Of a DNA stretch of 64,000 nucleotides, positions 26,940-41,969 are shown one piece after another. The translations under genes were made by a program, and so were the position numbers. The stretch's first letter is position 1. Each line of letters begins with the position of its first letter. Origin of the DNA: Octopus sinensis (Eukaryota); the NCBI RefSeq assembly GCF_006345805.1, contig NC_043022.1:21142001-21206000 (forward strand), given 5' to 3'. The notes beneath the pieces are model-generated. The model saw only the letters and a list, made by a program, of their open reading frames with translations, was not told the DNA's origin and did no database searches.

Positions 26940-28420
26940 TACTAACAAGGTTGCTGTGCTTCGTTGGACATGATGAAGGTGACGTCAACCACATAAGCAG
27001 AAACAGACTTACCGCATCCGATTTCATTAGGGTTGCCTCCCAACTTCTCCTACTTCCGCAGCAATGGCTCAAGAGCCAACACGTACAGAAGCAGAGACAA
27101 GAGACACCCTTGATGAACTGAGCACTTGTTTGAAAACGCCTCAGACAGGTAACCGTTTATCTGGACTGTGGAGTTGATGTCTGCTGTACATAGCAGAGAT
27201 CCACCCATGAAAGCCTGGGCCAAGACCAGCCACTTCGAGGACCGCCGCCAGGTACCGATGGTCTACCTTATCAAGCGCTTTACTTTGGTCTAAATGGACC
27301 ATGGCCCCACCTTTGCCAGATAATTTCCTGAGCCTAAGGTGATTATCCTGGATCGACCTACCTGGGATGGCGCATGTCTGTGCCTTCCCTACAAGTTTCT
27401 CCACGACAGCCATCAACCTTTACGCTAACACCTTGGCCAAAATCTTTAACTCTACATTAAGTAGAGTTATGGGCCTGTAATTGATAATACTATCCCCTTT
27501 GCTCGGCTCAGCGTCACCACTCCCCGGCTCACAGAACTGGGAATTCTCCCATTCTGTTGCCAGTTTGTATACATGCAGGTCAGTATATCCCCAAACAAGT
27601 CCGGCGTACAACGATAAAACTCATAGGGCAGACCATCCAGCCAACACCTCATTTACCTCCATGGGAGTGATTGGTCCTTCACAGCACTCTGCCGAGAGTC
27701 GTGGCTCACCCGCTAGGAAGTCCTTTAAGGCCTCCCCACGCTCAAGCGAACCGCTCTCCCCGAACAGCTTTTGAGGGCGTGTCACCATCTATTATTAATG
27801 ATGGTGCCACATAATGCCCTCTGTACTAACTCCTTAATCCGTGTCCGAAAGGCTTCACACGTCAAAATGGACTTGTTCATTTTCCAGTACCCAGGTCCCT
27901 GTCTATGACATTTATCTAAATATACCTCACACGTCACACGTTTGTGATCCGTGTAAGGCGCAATACAAAACTGTGGACGACTAAAATTATTTTTATATCA
28001 CTTTCCCTAACGAATAACCTATCTATGTATGATCTGCGTGAGCTGTCGTTGTTACTCCCCGTCCACTGTGGAACGCTCGGCTCATCCAGTCTGTAACGGT
28101 CAACTAGATTAAAGCTGGCTAGTAGACTCTTGAGGCTAGGATTCCCCTTCCTATCAGTTGAGCCAACATATCTACTCGCGCATCGAGGATAGTGTTAAAG
28201 TCCCCCTACAAGAACTACCGTTTTTGACGTCACTAGAAAGTGCTCCAGGTCTCGAAAAAAACCTGATTGACCACGCTCGTTAGGAGCATAGACAGCTACC
28301 AACTTAAAGGACTGTTTACTCACGTGGGTCACATCCAGGACGACCAGCCTACCTTCTAGCTCCTGTAAGTCCAAGCTCTTCCTGATAAGGACTGTCACGC
28401 CCGCTCCTCTTCAAAGAAAT
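26940..28420 (-). mobile_element. Degenerate Tx1/L1-clade LINE ORF2 fragment (AP endonuclease + RT)
   Basis: VYAPN..FF..L and LVG(G)DFN endonuclease motifs; YRPITLLNVELKILAK, QTCAIPGRSIQDN, LDQSKA.DKVDH and QGCLLS.LLY..ALEPL; many frameshifts. Confidence 0.85.
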
Positions 28421-29019
28421 TGCCATGCTATTGAAATATAAAGCATGAACTGAACTAACAACTATCTGTTCATCTCCCTTTATCATGTTCATATGCATGT
28501 ATACACACATACCACTACAACCTTTCATCATCTGACACGAGATCCTCTCCTCTAATGCCCCCTCCCCTCTCAGAGAATTTTTGTCTTGCAGGTACACAAA
28601 ACTCTACTTGTGAAGACCTGTTGAGGCAAGTGAAAATCGAAATCGATCAACATCAATGGAAATTGCAGCTGTGATACCAGTGCCGGTGGTACGTAAGAGA
28701 AACATCCGAACGTGGCCGTTGCCAGCGCCGCCCCAACTGGCCTCCTGCTGGTGGCACGTAAAAAGCACCATCCGATCGTGGCCGTTGCCAGCATTGCCTG
28801 GACCCCGTGCTGGTGGCACGTAAAAAGCACCATCCGATTGTGACTGTTTGCCAGCCTCGTCTGGCACCTGTGCCGGTGGCACGTAAAATGCACCCACTAC
28901 ACTCTTGGAGTGGTTGGCGTTAGGAAGGGCATCCAGCCGTGGAAACATTGCCAGATCAGACTGGGCCTGGTGCAGCCTTCTGGCTTCCCAGGCCCCAGTT
29001 GAACTGTCCAACCCATGCT

Positions 29020-29645
29020 AGCATGGAAAGCGGACGTTAAACGATGATGATGATGATGATGAAGTTGCCTGGTGACCCTGCCAGTGCCGATGCCACATAA
29101 AATGCATCCTGTCCACACTGTGAAGTGGTTGGCATTTGGAAGGGCATCCAACAGTAATAACCTTGCCAAAACTGACCTCACCTGTGCTGGTGCCATGGAA
29201 AAAGCACTGTCCACTTTGCAGGGTGGTTGGTGTTAGGAAGGGCATCCAGCCATAAAAATTCTGCCAAATCAGACACAGACGTCTGGTGCAGACATCTGCC
29301 AAACCATACAACCCATGCCAGCATGGAAAGCGGATATTAAACGATGATGATGATGAAGTTGCCTGGTGACCCTGCCAGTGCCGATGCCACATAAAATGCA
29401 TCCTGTCCACACTGTGAAGTGGTTGGCATTTGGAAGGGCATCCAACAGTAATAACCTTGCCAAAACTGACCTCACCTGTGCTGGTGCCATGGAAAAAGCA
29501 CTGTCCACTTTGCAGGGTGGTTGGTGTTAGGAAGGGCATCCAGCCATAAAAATTCTGCCAAATCAGACACAGACGTCGTGTGCAGACATCTGCCAAACCA
29601 TACAACCCATGCCAGCATGGAAAGCGGATGTTAAACGATGATGAT
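29020..29645. repeat. ~294-bp tandem duplication
   Basis: gaagttgcctggtgacc at 29061 and 29355; near-identical units. Confidence 0.9.
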
Positions 29646-31755
29646 ATACACACACATGTATGTATATATTACTTCTTAGTTTTTAAGCATCATCCCCTTT
29701 TCACTATGGAAATGGTTAACAGCTCTGGCAAGTCATTGCGATATATGAAGGTATATATAGGCGCAGGAGTGGCTGTGTGGTAAGTAGCTTGCTAACCAAC
29801 CACATGGTTCCGGGTTCAGTCCCACTGCGTAGCACCTTGGGCAAGTGTCTTCTACTATAGCCTCGGGCCGACCAAAGCCTTGTGAGTGGATTTGGTAGAC
29901 GGAAACTGAAAGAAGCCTGTCGTATATATGTATGTGTGTCTGTGTTTGTCCCTCTAGCATTGCTTGACAGCTGATGCTGGTGTGTTTACGTCCCCGTCAC
30001 TTAGCAGTTCGGCAAAAGAGACTGATAGAATAAGAACTGGGCTTACAAAGAACAAGTCCTGGGGGTCGATTTCCTCGACTAAAGGCGGTACTTCAGCATG
30101 GCCACAGTCAAATGACTGAAACAAGTAAAAGAGTAAAAGAGAGATATGATTTTATGTTGCTAATTACAAGATTCCTATACCAAAGTTACATAAAATGATT
30201 TCAACATTTTCGACATTTTGCCCTTTTGTTGGGCAATTCCTTCTTCTTGTGTGCAAAAAATGGTGTCTGGGTGAAGTAAGAACGAAGACAAAATGCTTGA
30301 AATATTTCATCAAAACAACCCCGTGCCGGTGGCACGTAAAAGGCACCATCCGATCGTGGCCGCTTGCCAGCCCCGTCTGGAACCTGTGCCGGTGGCACGT
30401 AAAAAGCACCCACTGCACTCACGGAGTGGTTGGCGTTAGGAAGGGCATCCAGCCGTAGAAACATTGCCAGATCAGACTGGGCCTGGTGCAGCCTTCTGGC
30501 TTCCCAGACCCCAGTTGAACCGTCCAACCCATGCTAGCATGGAAAGCGGACACTAAATGATGATGATGATGATGATGAACCATTTGTAATATAACATCTT
30601 GTTGGAAAGTTTCATTTCAAATATGATAAATAATATTTCTAGGTTGATTTTAAAGTCTAAAATGTACATCAAGGTATTCGTTAATAAATCTATAATTTTT
30701 CTTTAACATCTAATTTTGTTGAATTTGAAAATATTAAAAATCGATTCCTTGCATGCTCTTTGATCAGAGAGCAATTGAGTGACTTTTGTTTTGGCTTTTG
30801 TGGACATAGGCGTAGGAGTGGCTGTGTGGTAAGTAGCTTGCTTACCAATCACACGGTTCCGGGTTCAGTCCCACTGCGTGGCACCTTGGGCAAGTGTCTT
30901 CTACTATAGCCTAGGGCTGGCCAAAGCCTTGTGAGTGGATTTGGTAGACGGAAACTGAAAGAAGCCTGTCGTATATATGTATATATGTGTGTGTTTGTCC
31001 CCACCACATCGCTTGATAACCGATGCTGGTATGTTTACGTCCCCGTAACTTAGCGGTTTGGCAAAAGAGGCCAATAGAATAAGTACTAGGCTTACAAAGA
31101 ATAAGTCCTGGGGGTCGATTTCCTCAACTAAAGGCGGTACTCCAGCATGGCCACAGTCAAATGACTGAAACAAGTAAAAGAGTAAAAGAGAGATATGCTT
31201 TTATGTTGCTAATTACAAGATGCCTATACCAAAGTTACATAAAATGATTTTAACATTTTGCCCTTTTGTTGGGTAATTCCTTCTTTTTGTGTGCAAAAAA
31301 TGGTGTCTGGGTGAAGTAATTTGCTCGCCTAAAGGCGGTGCTCCAGCATGGCTGTTGTCAAATGACTGAAACAAGTAAAAGAGTATATGTACACACACAC
31401 ACACGTGGCTGCTGAAAATCTCTTGGATTCAGGTATAAGAAAATACAAGAGGATCAGTTAATTATGATTTTATTCAACATATTCTCCTCTCAGATTCACA
31501 CACTTATTGCAGACCTGTAAAAGAACTTGGAAGATTGGGCCACCAACCAGGCCTTTTGTGATACACTTAAAGCCAGGAATTTTCCAGCAATCCCAGGAGT
31601 GGCTGTGTGGTAAGTGGCTTGTTTACCAACCACATGTTTCCGGGTTCAGTCCCACTGCGAGGCACCTTGGGTAAGTGTCTTCTACTATAGCCTCAGGCCG
31701 ACCAAAGCCTTGTGAGTGGATTTGGTAGAGGGAAACTGAAAAGAAGCCCGTCATA

Positions 31756-31796
<41 letters not shown>

Positions 31797-33315
31797 TTGT
31801 GTGTCTGTGTTTGTCCCCTTAGCATTGCTTGACAACCGATGCTGGTGTGTTTACGTCCCCGTTACTTAGCGGTTCGGCAATAGAGACCGATAGAATAAGT
31901 ACTGGGCTTACAAAAGAATAAGTTCCGGGGTCGAGTTGCTCAATTAAAGGTGGTGCTCCAGCATGGCTGCAGTCAAATTACTGAAACAACTAAGTAAAGA
32001 AAGATAAAGTAAAGATCTGCCCAATATAGCGGTTTGGAAAAAAAAACCCCAACAGAAGCTTTGATCAGCCTGGGGCTAACACAGAAGGCATTTGCCCAAG
32101 GTGCCATGCAGTGGGACTGAACCCCGAGATATGTGGTTGGGAAGCAAGCGTCATACCACACAGCCATGGCTGTACTAACTTAACTGGACAGACAAGGCTT
32201 AAAAAAAAAAAGTGCTGGGGTTGGTTTATTTGACTAAAATTCAAAAATACATAAAAAATAAATAAACAAAACTTCAGAAAATTTTTTTTGTTATATTTCC
32301 AAATTTTCAGAATTAGGTATCCTTTTTTTCTAAAAAGCTGTAATTATAATAAATCCTTCAATGAAACCCCAGATACTAGGATTCAGAATATACATATTTA
32401 TAGTGAGTGAATGGTAGAATTGTGGCATTTTGTTACAACTCTTTGTGTTCTAAGTTCAAATCCTGCCCAGGTCACTTTGTCTTAGATCAGTTGTCGGCAA
32501 CCTTTTATTATTTTATTTTCCAGAAGTGGGCCACATGAGACACGGTTTATCAGGTGGGCTGCAAGAACAGGGTCATTTTACTTTGGTGTGCTGTTCAGAA
32601 AGTCTTGAAGATTGCAGTTTGCCTATGACTATTAGATTTGTGAGTATTAGATTTACAAAAACCTTAACAAAAAGTATTAGATTTACAAAAACCTGTAGAA
32701 ACATTGCCAGATAAGATTGGAGCCTGGTGCAGCCTTCTGGCTTCCCAGATCCCCGGTCGAACCATCCAACCCATGCTAGCATGGAGAACGGACGTTAAAC
32801 GATGATGATGATTAACTATGGAAGGAAATCAAAGACATATTAGAATTCTTTAACCTTTTGGCCATTTTAATGTATTTGTGTAAGTTTGTTCTAAATATCC
32901 ATGCGAGTTCTCCAACTTTTAATTAACCCGCAGAATTACCCATTCTGAGTAATATAAAACTTTCCTTTTGTAAGCTCCAAGTGGAAACAAAACTTGAGAA
33001 TGTGTGTTATGTATGATGCATAAACACCAGAGAAAGATGCCCTGTGCATTGCATGAGATGCACAGGAAAGGCAAGCATTTAACACACCGAGTGTTATGCT
33101 TTTAAAAACCTTAACTACTGAAGGAAATCAGCCATTTGGCCATATAATGTATTTGTATAAGTTTGTCCTAAATGTCCATGCTTGTTTCCAGACTTTGAGG
33201 TAGCCCTTGTTTCATTCGTTCTGAGTCATATAAACCCTTTCCTTTCAGAAGTCCCAAGTTACTCTGACGGTTGAAAAATTTGGTATGTTTATTTATCATC
33301 GAATATGATGCGTGA

Positions 33316-33650
33316 AGGTGCATGGCTCAGTGGTTAGAGCATCGAGCTTACCATCGTGAGGTTGTGAGTTCGAATCCTGGACCGGGTTGCATGTTGTGTT
33401 CTTGAGCAAGACACTTTATTTCACATTGCTCCAGTTCACTCAGCTGTAGAAATGAGTTGCAATGTCACAGGTGCCAAGCTGTATCGGCCCCTTTGCCTTT
33501 CCCTTGAATAACATCGGTGGTGTGGAGAGGGGAGCCTGGTATGCATGGGTGACTGCTGGTCTTCCATAAAACAACCTTGCCTGGACTTGTGCCTGGGAGG
33601 GTAACTTTCGAGGTGCAATCCCATGGTCAGTCATGACCGAAGGGGGTCTT
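33316..33650 (+). mobile_element. tRNA-derived SINE family C (also 3183-3515 minus, 3748-4075 plus)
   Basis: ggtgcatggctcagtggttagagc...gagttcgaatcc head; cttgagcaagacactt core. Confidence 0.85.
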
Positions 33651-34167
33651 AATATATGATGCGTGGACACCAGGGAAAAGAAGGGTTGAAATTAACAGAA
33701 GCCAACAAATGTATGTGTGAGTGTGGAATATACTCATATATGATGCGTGAAGGTGCATGGCACAGTGGTTAGAGTGTGGGATAGAATATACTCAATTAGA
33801 ATCACACCCCTCAGTAGATTACTAGTTCTTTATTTCATCAACACTGCTAAAGTCAACCTCAACAGGTTTCAAACTCAAAAGTTAAAGAAATCCTAATTTA
33901 ATACCACAAGGCATTTTGTCTTCTGCTCCAAACAATTCTACCAACATTCTTCATAAATATAAATTAAATGATAATTAACAGTTTATAATTATTCCTCATT
34001 GTTTTTCCCCAGTAGAATCTGAAGATGAAATGGAAATCCACATGTCAGATATTTTGCCACTTGGTACCAGCTTTGGTTCCTTATAAAAGAAACCTGCTAC
34101 TGTCCTAAATAGATTTCGGTGGTGGAAACCGGTTTACTGTGGAACTGTGTGGAATGGTGCTGGTGTT

Positions 34168-34268
34168 TTATGCCACTTGCCATTTCTGGAAGAAGTCATT
34201 CCCTTTGTTGTCAACGACGATGAAAGCGGGAAAATTTTCTACTTCAACTTTCCAGATAGCTTCCATGC
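34168..34268 (-). CDS. Class I FH exon 12, terminal ([33 protein letters not shown])
   Basis: atcag acceptor; TAA at 34168-34170. Confidence 0.95.
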
Positions 34269-34629
34269 CTGATAGGAGTAGATGTGGTGAGGAAGAGAGA
34301 AATACAGATAGTTTTAGAGTCGCAAAAACAGATATTTAAAGGTGAGTGAGTGAGTGAGTGAGTGAGTGAGGAGTGAGGGAGGAGTGAGTGAATGAGGAGT
34401 GAGGGAGGAGTGAGTGAATGAGGAGTGAGTGAGGAGTGAGTGAGTGAGTGAGTGAGTGAGTGAGTGGGGAGTGAGTGAGTGAGTGAGTGAGTGAGTGAGG
34501 AGTGAGGGAGGAGTGAGGCAGGAGTGAGTGAGTGAGGAGTGAGTGAGTGAGGAGTGAGTGAGTGAGTGAGTGAGGAGTGAGGGAGGAGTGAGTGAGTGTG
34601 AGTGAGAGTGAGAGAGTGAGAGAGAGAGA

Positions 34630-34719
<90 letters not shown>

Positions 34720-34729
34720 GAGAGAGAGA

Positions 34730-34791
<62 letters not shown>

Positions 34792-35195
34792 GAGAGAGAG
34801 AGAGAGAGAGTGAGAGAGAGAGAGAGAGTGAGAGAGAGAGAGAGAGAGAAAAAGAAACTGTGATTGTGTGTGTATGCTTGAATGTAGGGGATACAGTATG
34901 TCTTTTAGGTGTCTGCGAGAGAGAGAGAGAGAAAAAGAGAAAAGAGAGATATTTAGTTATTTACAGCAGGTATGAGTGACAATATGTGTGAGAGAAGAGA
35001 AAGATTCGGTTATTAAGAGGGAGAGAGAAAGACCGTGAGAAAAAGTTAGTGTCTAAGCGATAAATACTCTGTAGTGGATACGTATGATAGCATATGACTG
35101 TATGCACGTGTGTGTGAGAGAGAGAGAGTTACAGGGATGCAAACACACCAAGACCAGTTGTCAAGCAGTGGTGGTAGGGGACAAACACAGACACA

Positions 35196-35228
<33 letters not shown>

Positions 35229-38200
35229 CGCAATGGGCTTCTTTCAGTTTCTGTTTACCTAAACCACTTATAAGGCTTTGGTCAGCCTGAGGCTATAGTA
35301 GAAAGCACTTGCCCAAGGTACCATGCTGTGGGACTGAACACCTAGAACCATGTGGTTGGGGGAAAAAAAAAAGCTTCTTTCTACACTTCTACACAGCCAT
35401 ACTTGTGCCTAATATATATAAAAAGCACCCGCTACACTCATGGAGTGGTTGGTGTAAGGAAGGGCATCCAGCCGTAGAAACATTGCCATATCAAACTGGG
35501 CCTGGTGCAGCCTTCTGGCTTCCCAGACCCCAGTTGAACTGTCCAACCCATGCTAGCATGGAAAGCGAACACTAAACGATGATGATATATATATATATAT
35601 ATATATATAAAGGGAAAGTTTACGAAAATAAACAAAAGACGAAGGCAGGTGGAGTACAAACAAACAAATGTATTAGTATAGCGCTCAGGAATAGAAAAAG
35701 TCTTTTACGTTTCGAGCCTACGCTCTTTGACAGAAAGATACACAGAAAAAAACAAGGAGAAAAAAATTGCATGTAGGAGCTAACGATCTATCATGGCGTC
35801 CGTTGCCTGAGCAGCCAACTGGCTCCGTGCCGGTGGCACGTAACAGACGCCATTCCAGTGTGATCGTTACCAACGTCGCCTTACTGGCACCTGTGCTGGT
35901 GGCATGTGTAATAAGATTCAAGCGAGGTCATTGCCAGTACCGCCTGACTGGCTCTGTGCCGGTGGCACATAAAAAGCACCCACTACACTCTCAGAGTGGT
36001 TGGCATTAGGAAGGGCATCCAGCTGTAGAAACTCTGCCAGATCAAGATTGGAGCCTGGTGTGGCTGTCTGGTTTGCCAGCCCTCAGTCAAACTCGTCCAA
36101 CCCATGCTAGCATGGAAAGCGGACGTTAAACGATGATGATGATGATATATATATCATCATCATCATCATCGTTTAACGTCCGTTTTCCATGCTAGCATGG
36201 GTTGGACGGTTCGACCGGGGTCTTGGAATCCAAGAGGCTGCACCAGGCTCCAGGATGATCTGGCAGAGTTTCTACAGCTGGATGCCCTTCCTAATGCCAA
36301 CCACTCCATGAGTGTAGTGGGCGCTTTTTACGTGCCTCTGGCACCTGTGCCAGAGGAGGGCTGGCAACAGCCACGATTGGTTGTTGCTTTTTATGTGCCA
36401 CCGGCACAGAAACCAGTCAAGGAGGCACTGGCATCGGCCATGTACAGATGGTGCTTTTTACGTACCACCGGCACATGTGCCAGGGTAGGCTGGCAACGCC
36501 CACGAACGGTTGGTGCTTTTTACGTGCCACCGGCACGGAAGCCAGTCAAGGATATAATGGGCTTCTTTCATTTTCTACCAACCAAATTCACTCAGGAAGC
36601 TTTGATCAGCCTGGGGCTAACGTAGAAGGTATTTGCCCAAGGTGCCATGCAGTGGGACTGAACCAGGACCTATGTGGTTGGGAAGCAAACGTAAAACCAC
36701 ACAGCCATGCCTGTACTAACTTAATTGGAGAGACAAGCAGACAGTCATACAGGTTAGCAGAGTGATAATCAACTGGGGATGAAAGGATGGGGGAGGGGAT
36801 GCAAATGTGAGACAGACTGATAGACACACAGACAAAAAATACAGGTGGAACAAGGTGGAAGAAGAAAGAGAGGAATGATGTAGGAAAGTGGTGGGAACAG
36901 ACCAGCTGGACTTACCTAATTCTGGGTATTCTAAAACTTCAACCTTCTTGATACAGTTCTCAGCCAAGATGGCAGCTGGTCCTCCAATGGAACCAAGGTA
37001 GAAGCCACCATGTTGTTTACAGGATCTGGTTACCTGACAGGTGAGAAGAAAAAGGAAGAAGTTAAAATGACAGTGGGGAGCGATGTGAAAGAGTGATAGA
37101 GAGCGAGAGTATTGTTATAAATAAAGAGGGAGGGGTTGATGTGGGCGTGGTAATGAGATAGCTTGAAACAGCTACCTGACAAAGAGATGACAGTGATGGA
37201 GAGGAATGATATAAGAGATAGAGAGAGGGAGCATCATTACATATGAAGAGAGGGAAGTTAATGTGGGAGGAGCAGTGACATGGTCATCTGACAGGAGGAG
37301 GAGAGAGAGATAGAGAGAATATCATTACATATGAAGAGAGGGGAGTTAATGTGGGTGGAGCAGTGACATGGTCATCTGACTGGAGGAGGATAGAGAGAGA
37401 TAGAGAGAATATCATTACATATGAAGAGAGGGAAGTTAATGTGGGTGGAGCAGTGACATGGTCATCTGACAGGAGGAGGAGAGAGAGATTGAGAGAGTAT
37501 CATCACATATGAAGAGAGGGAAGTTAAGGTGGGTGGAGCAGTGACATGGTCATCTGACAGGAGGAGGAGTGAGAGATAGAGAGAATATCATTACATATGA
37601 AGAGAGGGGAGTTAATGTGGGTGGAGCAGTGACATGGTCATCTGACAGGAGGAGGAGAGAGAGAGATAGAGAGAATATCATTACATATGAAGAGAGGGAA
37701 GTTAATGTGGGTGGAGCAGTGACATGGTCATCTGACAGGAGGAGGAGAAAGAGATAGAGAGAGTATCATTACATATGAAGAGAGGGAAGTTAATGTGGGT
37801 GGAGCAGTGACATGGTCATCTGAGAGGAGGAGGAGAGAGAGATAGAGAGAGTATCATTACATATGAAGAGAGGGAAGTTAATGTGGGTGGAGCAGTGACA
37901 TGGTCATCTGACAGGAGGAGGAGAGAGAGATAGAGAGAATATCATTACATATGAAGAGAGGGAAGTTAATGTGGGTGGAGCAGTGACATGGTCATCTGAC
38001 AGGAGGAGGAGAGAGAGATTGAGAGAATATCATTACATATGAAGAGAGGGAGTTAATGTGGGTGGAGCAGTGACATGGTTATCTGACAGGAGGAGGAGAG
38101 AGAGATTGAGAGAATATCATTACATATGAAGAGAGGGAAGTTAATGTGGGTGGAGCAGTGACATGGTCATCTGACAGGAGGAGGAGAGAGAGATAGAGAG

Positions 38201-41200
38201 AGTATCATTACATATGAAGAGAGAGAAGTTAATGTAGGTGGAGCAGTGACATGGTCATCTGACAGGAGGAGGAGAGAGAGATAGAGAGAGTATCATTACA
38301 TATGAAGAGAGGGAAGTTAATGTGGGTGGAGCAGTGACATGGTCATCTGACAGGAGGAGGAGAGAGAGATAGAGAGAGTATCATTACATATGAAGAGAGG
38401 GGAGTTAATGTGGGTGGCGCAGTGACATGGTCATCTGACAGGAGGAGGAGAGAGAGATAGAGAGAGTATCATTACATATGAAGAGAGGGAAGTTAATGTG
38501 GGTGGAGCAGTGACATGGTCATCTGACAGGAGGAGGAGAGAGAGATTGAGAGAGTATCATTACATATGAAGAGAGGGAAGTTAATGTGGGTGGAGCAGTG
38601 ACATGGTCATCTGACAGGAGGAGGAGAGAGAGATTGAGAGAGTATCATTACATATGAAGAGAGTGAAGTTAATGTGGGTGGAGCAGTGACATGGTCATCT
38701 GACAGGAGGAGAAGAGGGAGATAGAGAGAGTATCATTACATATGAAGAGAGGGAAGTTAATGTGGGTGGAGCAGTGACATGGTCATCTGACAGGAGGAGA
38801 AGAGAGAGATAGAGAGAGTATCATTACATATGAAGAGAGGGGAGTTAATGTGGGTGGAGCAGTGACATGGTCATCTGACAGGAGGAGGAGAGATAGATTG
38901 AGAGAGTATCATTATATATAAAGAGAGAGAGGGATGGAGGTTGATCAGGGGCGGGGCAATAAGATGTTCACCCGAGAGGAGGGAAGGAGGAAGAGAGTGA
39001 TAGGGACGAATGATATAAAAGAGTGATTGAGTGAGAGAGAGAGAGAGAGAGAGGGAATCACTGCATATAAGAATATAATACATATACAAAAGTATATATA
39101 TTCACCAAATTATACACACACATGCATACAGACAAATACACATGCACACATACACACATGGACTGACCTGTCTGCTTCTGTTTCCTTTAGCTAGCATCAC
39201 CATACTTCCGCCATGTGACTGTAACAAATCGACATAGGAATCCATACGTCCAGCAGTTGTAGGGCCGAAAGATCCACTGGCGTAACCCTGATGAGATAAT
39301 GTACAATACATGCGTACAGAATTTACAACAAATACAAAACAAACAAGTTCATCATCATCATCGTCATCATCATCATTGCTGCCACCACTACAAGCACCAG
39401 CACTGTCAACATCTATTTTTCCTCTAAGGTGGCGAGCTGGCAGAATCGTTAGCACACCGGGTGAAATGCTCAGCGGTATTTCGTCTGCCGCTACGTTCTG
39501 AGTTCAAATTCCGCCGAGGTCGAGCGAAATGCGTAGCCGTATTTCGTCTGCCGCTACGTTCTGAGTTCAAATTCCGCCGAGGTCGACTTTGCCTTTCATC
39601 CTTTCGGGGTCGATTAAATAAATACTTATTTCTTTACTACCCACAAGGGGTTAAACACAGAGGGGACAAACAAGGACATATTAAGTTGATTACATCGACC
39701 CCAGTGCGTAACTGGTACTTAATTTATCGACCCCGAAAGGATGAAAGGCAAAGTCGACCTCGGCGGAATTTGAACTCAGAACGTAGTGGCAGACGAAATA
39801 CCTATTTCTCTACTACCCACAAGGGGCTAAACACAGAGAGGACAAACGGATTAAGTTGATTACATCGACCCCAGTGCGTAACTGGTACTTAATTTATTGA
39901 CCCCGTAAGGATGAAAGGCAAAGTCGACCTCGGCGGAATTTGAACTCAGAACGTAACGGCAGACAAAATACCGCTAAGCATTTCGCCCGGCATGCTAACG
40001 TTTCTGCCAGCTTGCCGCCTTCGATTAAATAAATACCAGTTACGCACTGGGGTCGATATAATCAACTTAATCCGTTTGTCTGTCCTTGTTTGTCCCGTCT
40101 GTGTTTAGCCCCTTGTGGGTAGTAAAGAAATAGAAATAGGTATTTCTTGTGTCTCTATGTTCTGAGTTCAAATTCTGCCAAAGTTGACTTTGCCTGTCAT
40201 CCTTTTGGGGTTGATAACTTAAGTACCAGATACATACTAGGGTCGATCTAATCAACTGGCCCCCTCCCCCAAAATTTTGTGCCTTGTGCCTAGTATAGAA
40301 AAGAACATCCCTTTTCCCATGTTTACTTGGGATGGATTTTATTGAGGTATACAATTTCCTATGAAGAGGATGTTCTTCCTATAATCAAATTTTACCTGTT
40401 TCTAAGCAAGGTAATATTTTCTTGTAGCCAAGCATGTTTTTGCAGAATACTGGAAATGAATGACACTATAATAAACATTTATATCTATCACATAATGTCA
40501 AGACAAGGAAGCATATACATACACATACTTATATGCACACATATATGTATATGTACTTATATATAAGTACATATACATTTCAACCGTGTTTTACTGACGT
40601 GAATTTGCTACTCAGGTATCGATTAACCGAATTATCCATACTAGGATAATTCATTCACCTACTTAAATATATATCTTTGGTCTACTCTTCCCCTACCCTT
40701 CCATTTCTTTGTCTTCCTTTGCACTCACAGGTCAATCTTTGACACCCATCCCTTCTACCCTCTCTAATTCCTTCTTTCTCTCTATTCTCCCCCCTTGTTG
40801 CTTTCGTCCCTCTTCTCTCTCTCTTCCTTCTTTTCTCTCTTCTCTGTCACGTGACTGCTGGCCAAAATCTGCCTTTCGGCCGCTGACCAGCGCCGTGATA
40901 ACATCGTTCGCCGCTAAGGCAATTTTTCCAAAATACGCCACCTGTTTGCACTGTTATTAGTCGTAAGACACTTGCTGTTTTTACCGTTATTGCTTTTGTA
41001 TTCCACGTTTTTGTATTTCATTATTGTTTTTTGTTTTTTATATTCGTGTGGCACCGTCCTTTTTGCTGTCTTTGTGTTCGTATGCATTCGATCCTTCTTC
41101 CAGGAAATCTACGCTCCTAGCTTAGTTTTTCTAATGCTCGTTGCTTAGTTTCTCCTGGAGGGCTGGCCGGGTCTAGTAATCTCAAGATTAATCAGCCGAA

Positions 41201-41850
41201 ATTACTACGATGATCCGGTTCTTGACTGAAGACTGAGGGCTTCGAATGTCCTGTCTGTGTTTGTTGTATCGTCTTCTAAGTTCTTATGCGTTCTTGTCTC
41301 AGTTTGTAATTTTCTACATATCATAATATATATATATATATATATATATATGTGCATATTTTTATATTTTTTCTCTCCTTGTTTTTTCTGTGTCCCTTTC
41401 TGTAGAAGAACATAGGCTCGAAACGTCTTCGTCTTTTGTTTTTTTCGTAAACTCTCCCTATATATATATATATATGCATACATACATATATATATATATA
41501 TATGCATACATACATATATATATATATATATATTATATATGCATATATATTATATGCATATATATATATATTATATATATATGCATATATATATATATAT
41601 ATATGCATATATATTATATATATATATATATATATATGCATATGCATATATATATATATATATATAGCATATATATATATATATATATATATATGCATAA
41701 TATATATATATGCATACACATATATATATATATATATATGCATATGCATATATATATATATATATATGCATATGCATATATATATTATATATATATATGC
41801 ATATATATATTATATATATATATATAATATATATATATATAATATATATA

Positions 41851-41894
<44 letters not shown>

Positions 41895-41926
41895 ATGCAT
41901 ATATATATAATATGCATATATATATA

Positions 41927-41969
<43 letters not shown>

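Noticed and set aside
33316-33390. tRNA-like sequences at SINE heads
   Set aside because: A/B boxes continue into multi-copy SINE bodies; no convincing complete cloverleaf.
33829-33834. AATAAA as the FH polyadenylation signal
   Set aside because: Lies in a degenerate SINE-like segment and cannot be distinguished from chance without transcript data.
37233-38915. Regular repeat array resembling CRISPR
   Set aside because: Units are identical end to end with no unique spacers, no cas genes, and the context is a eukaryotic intron.
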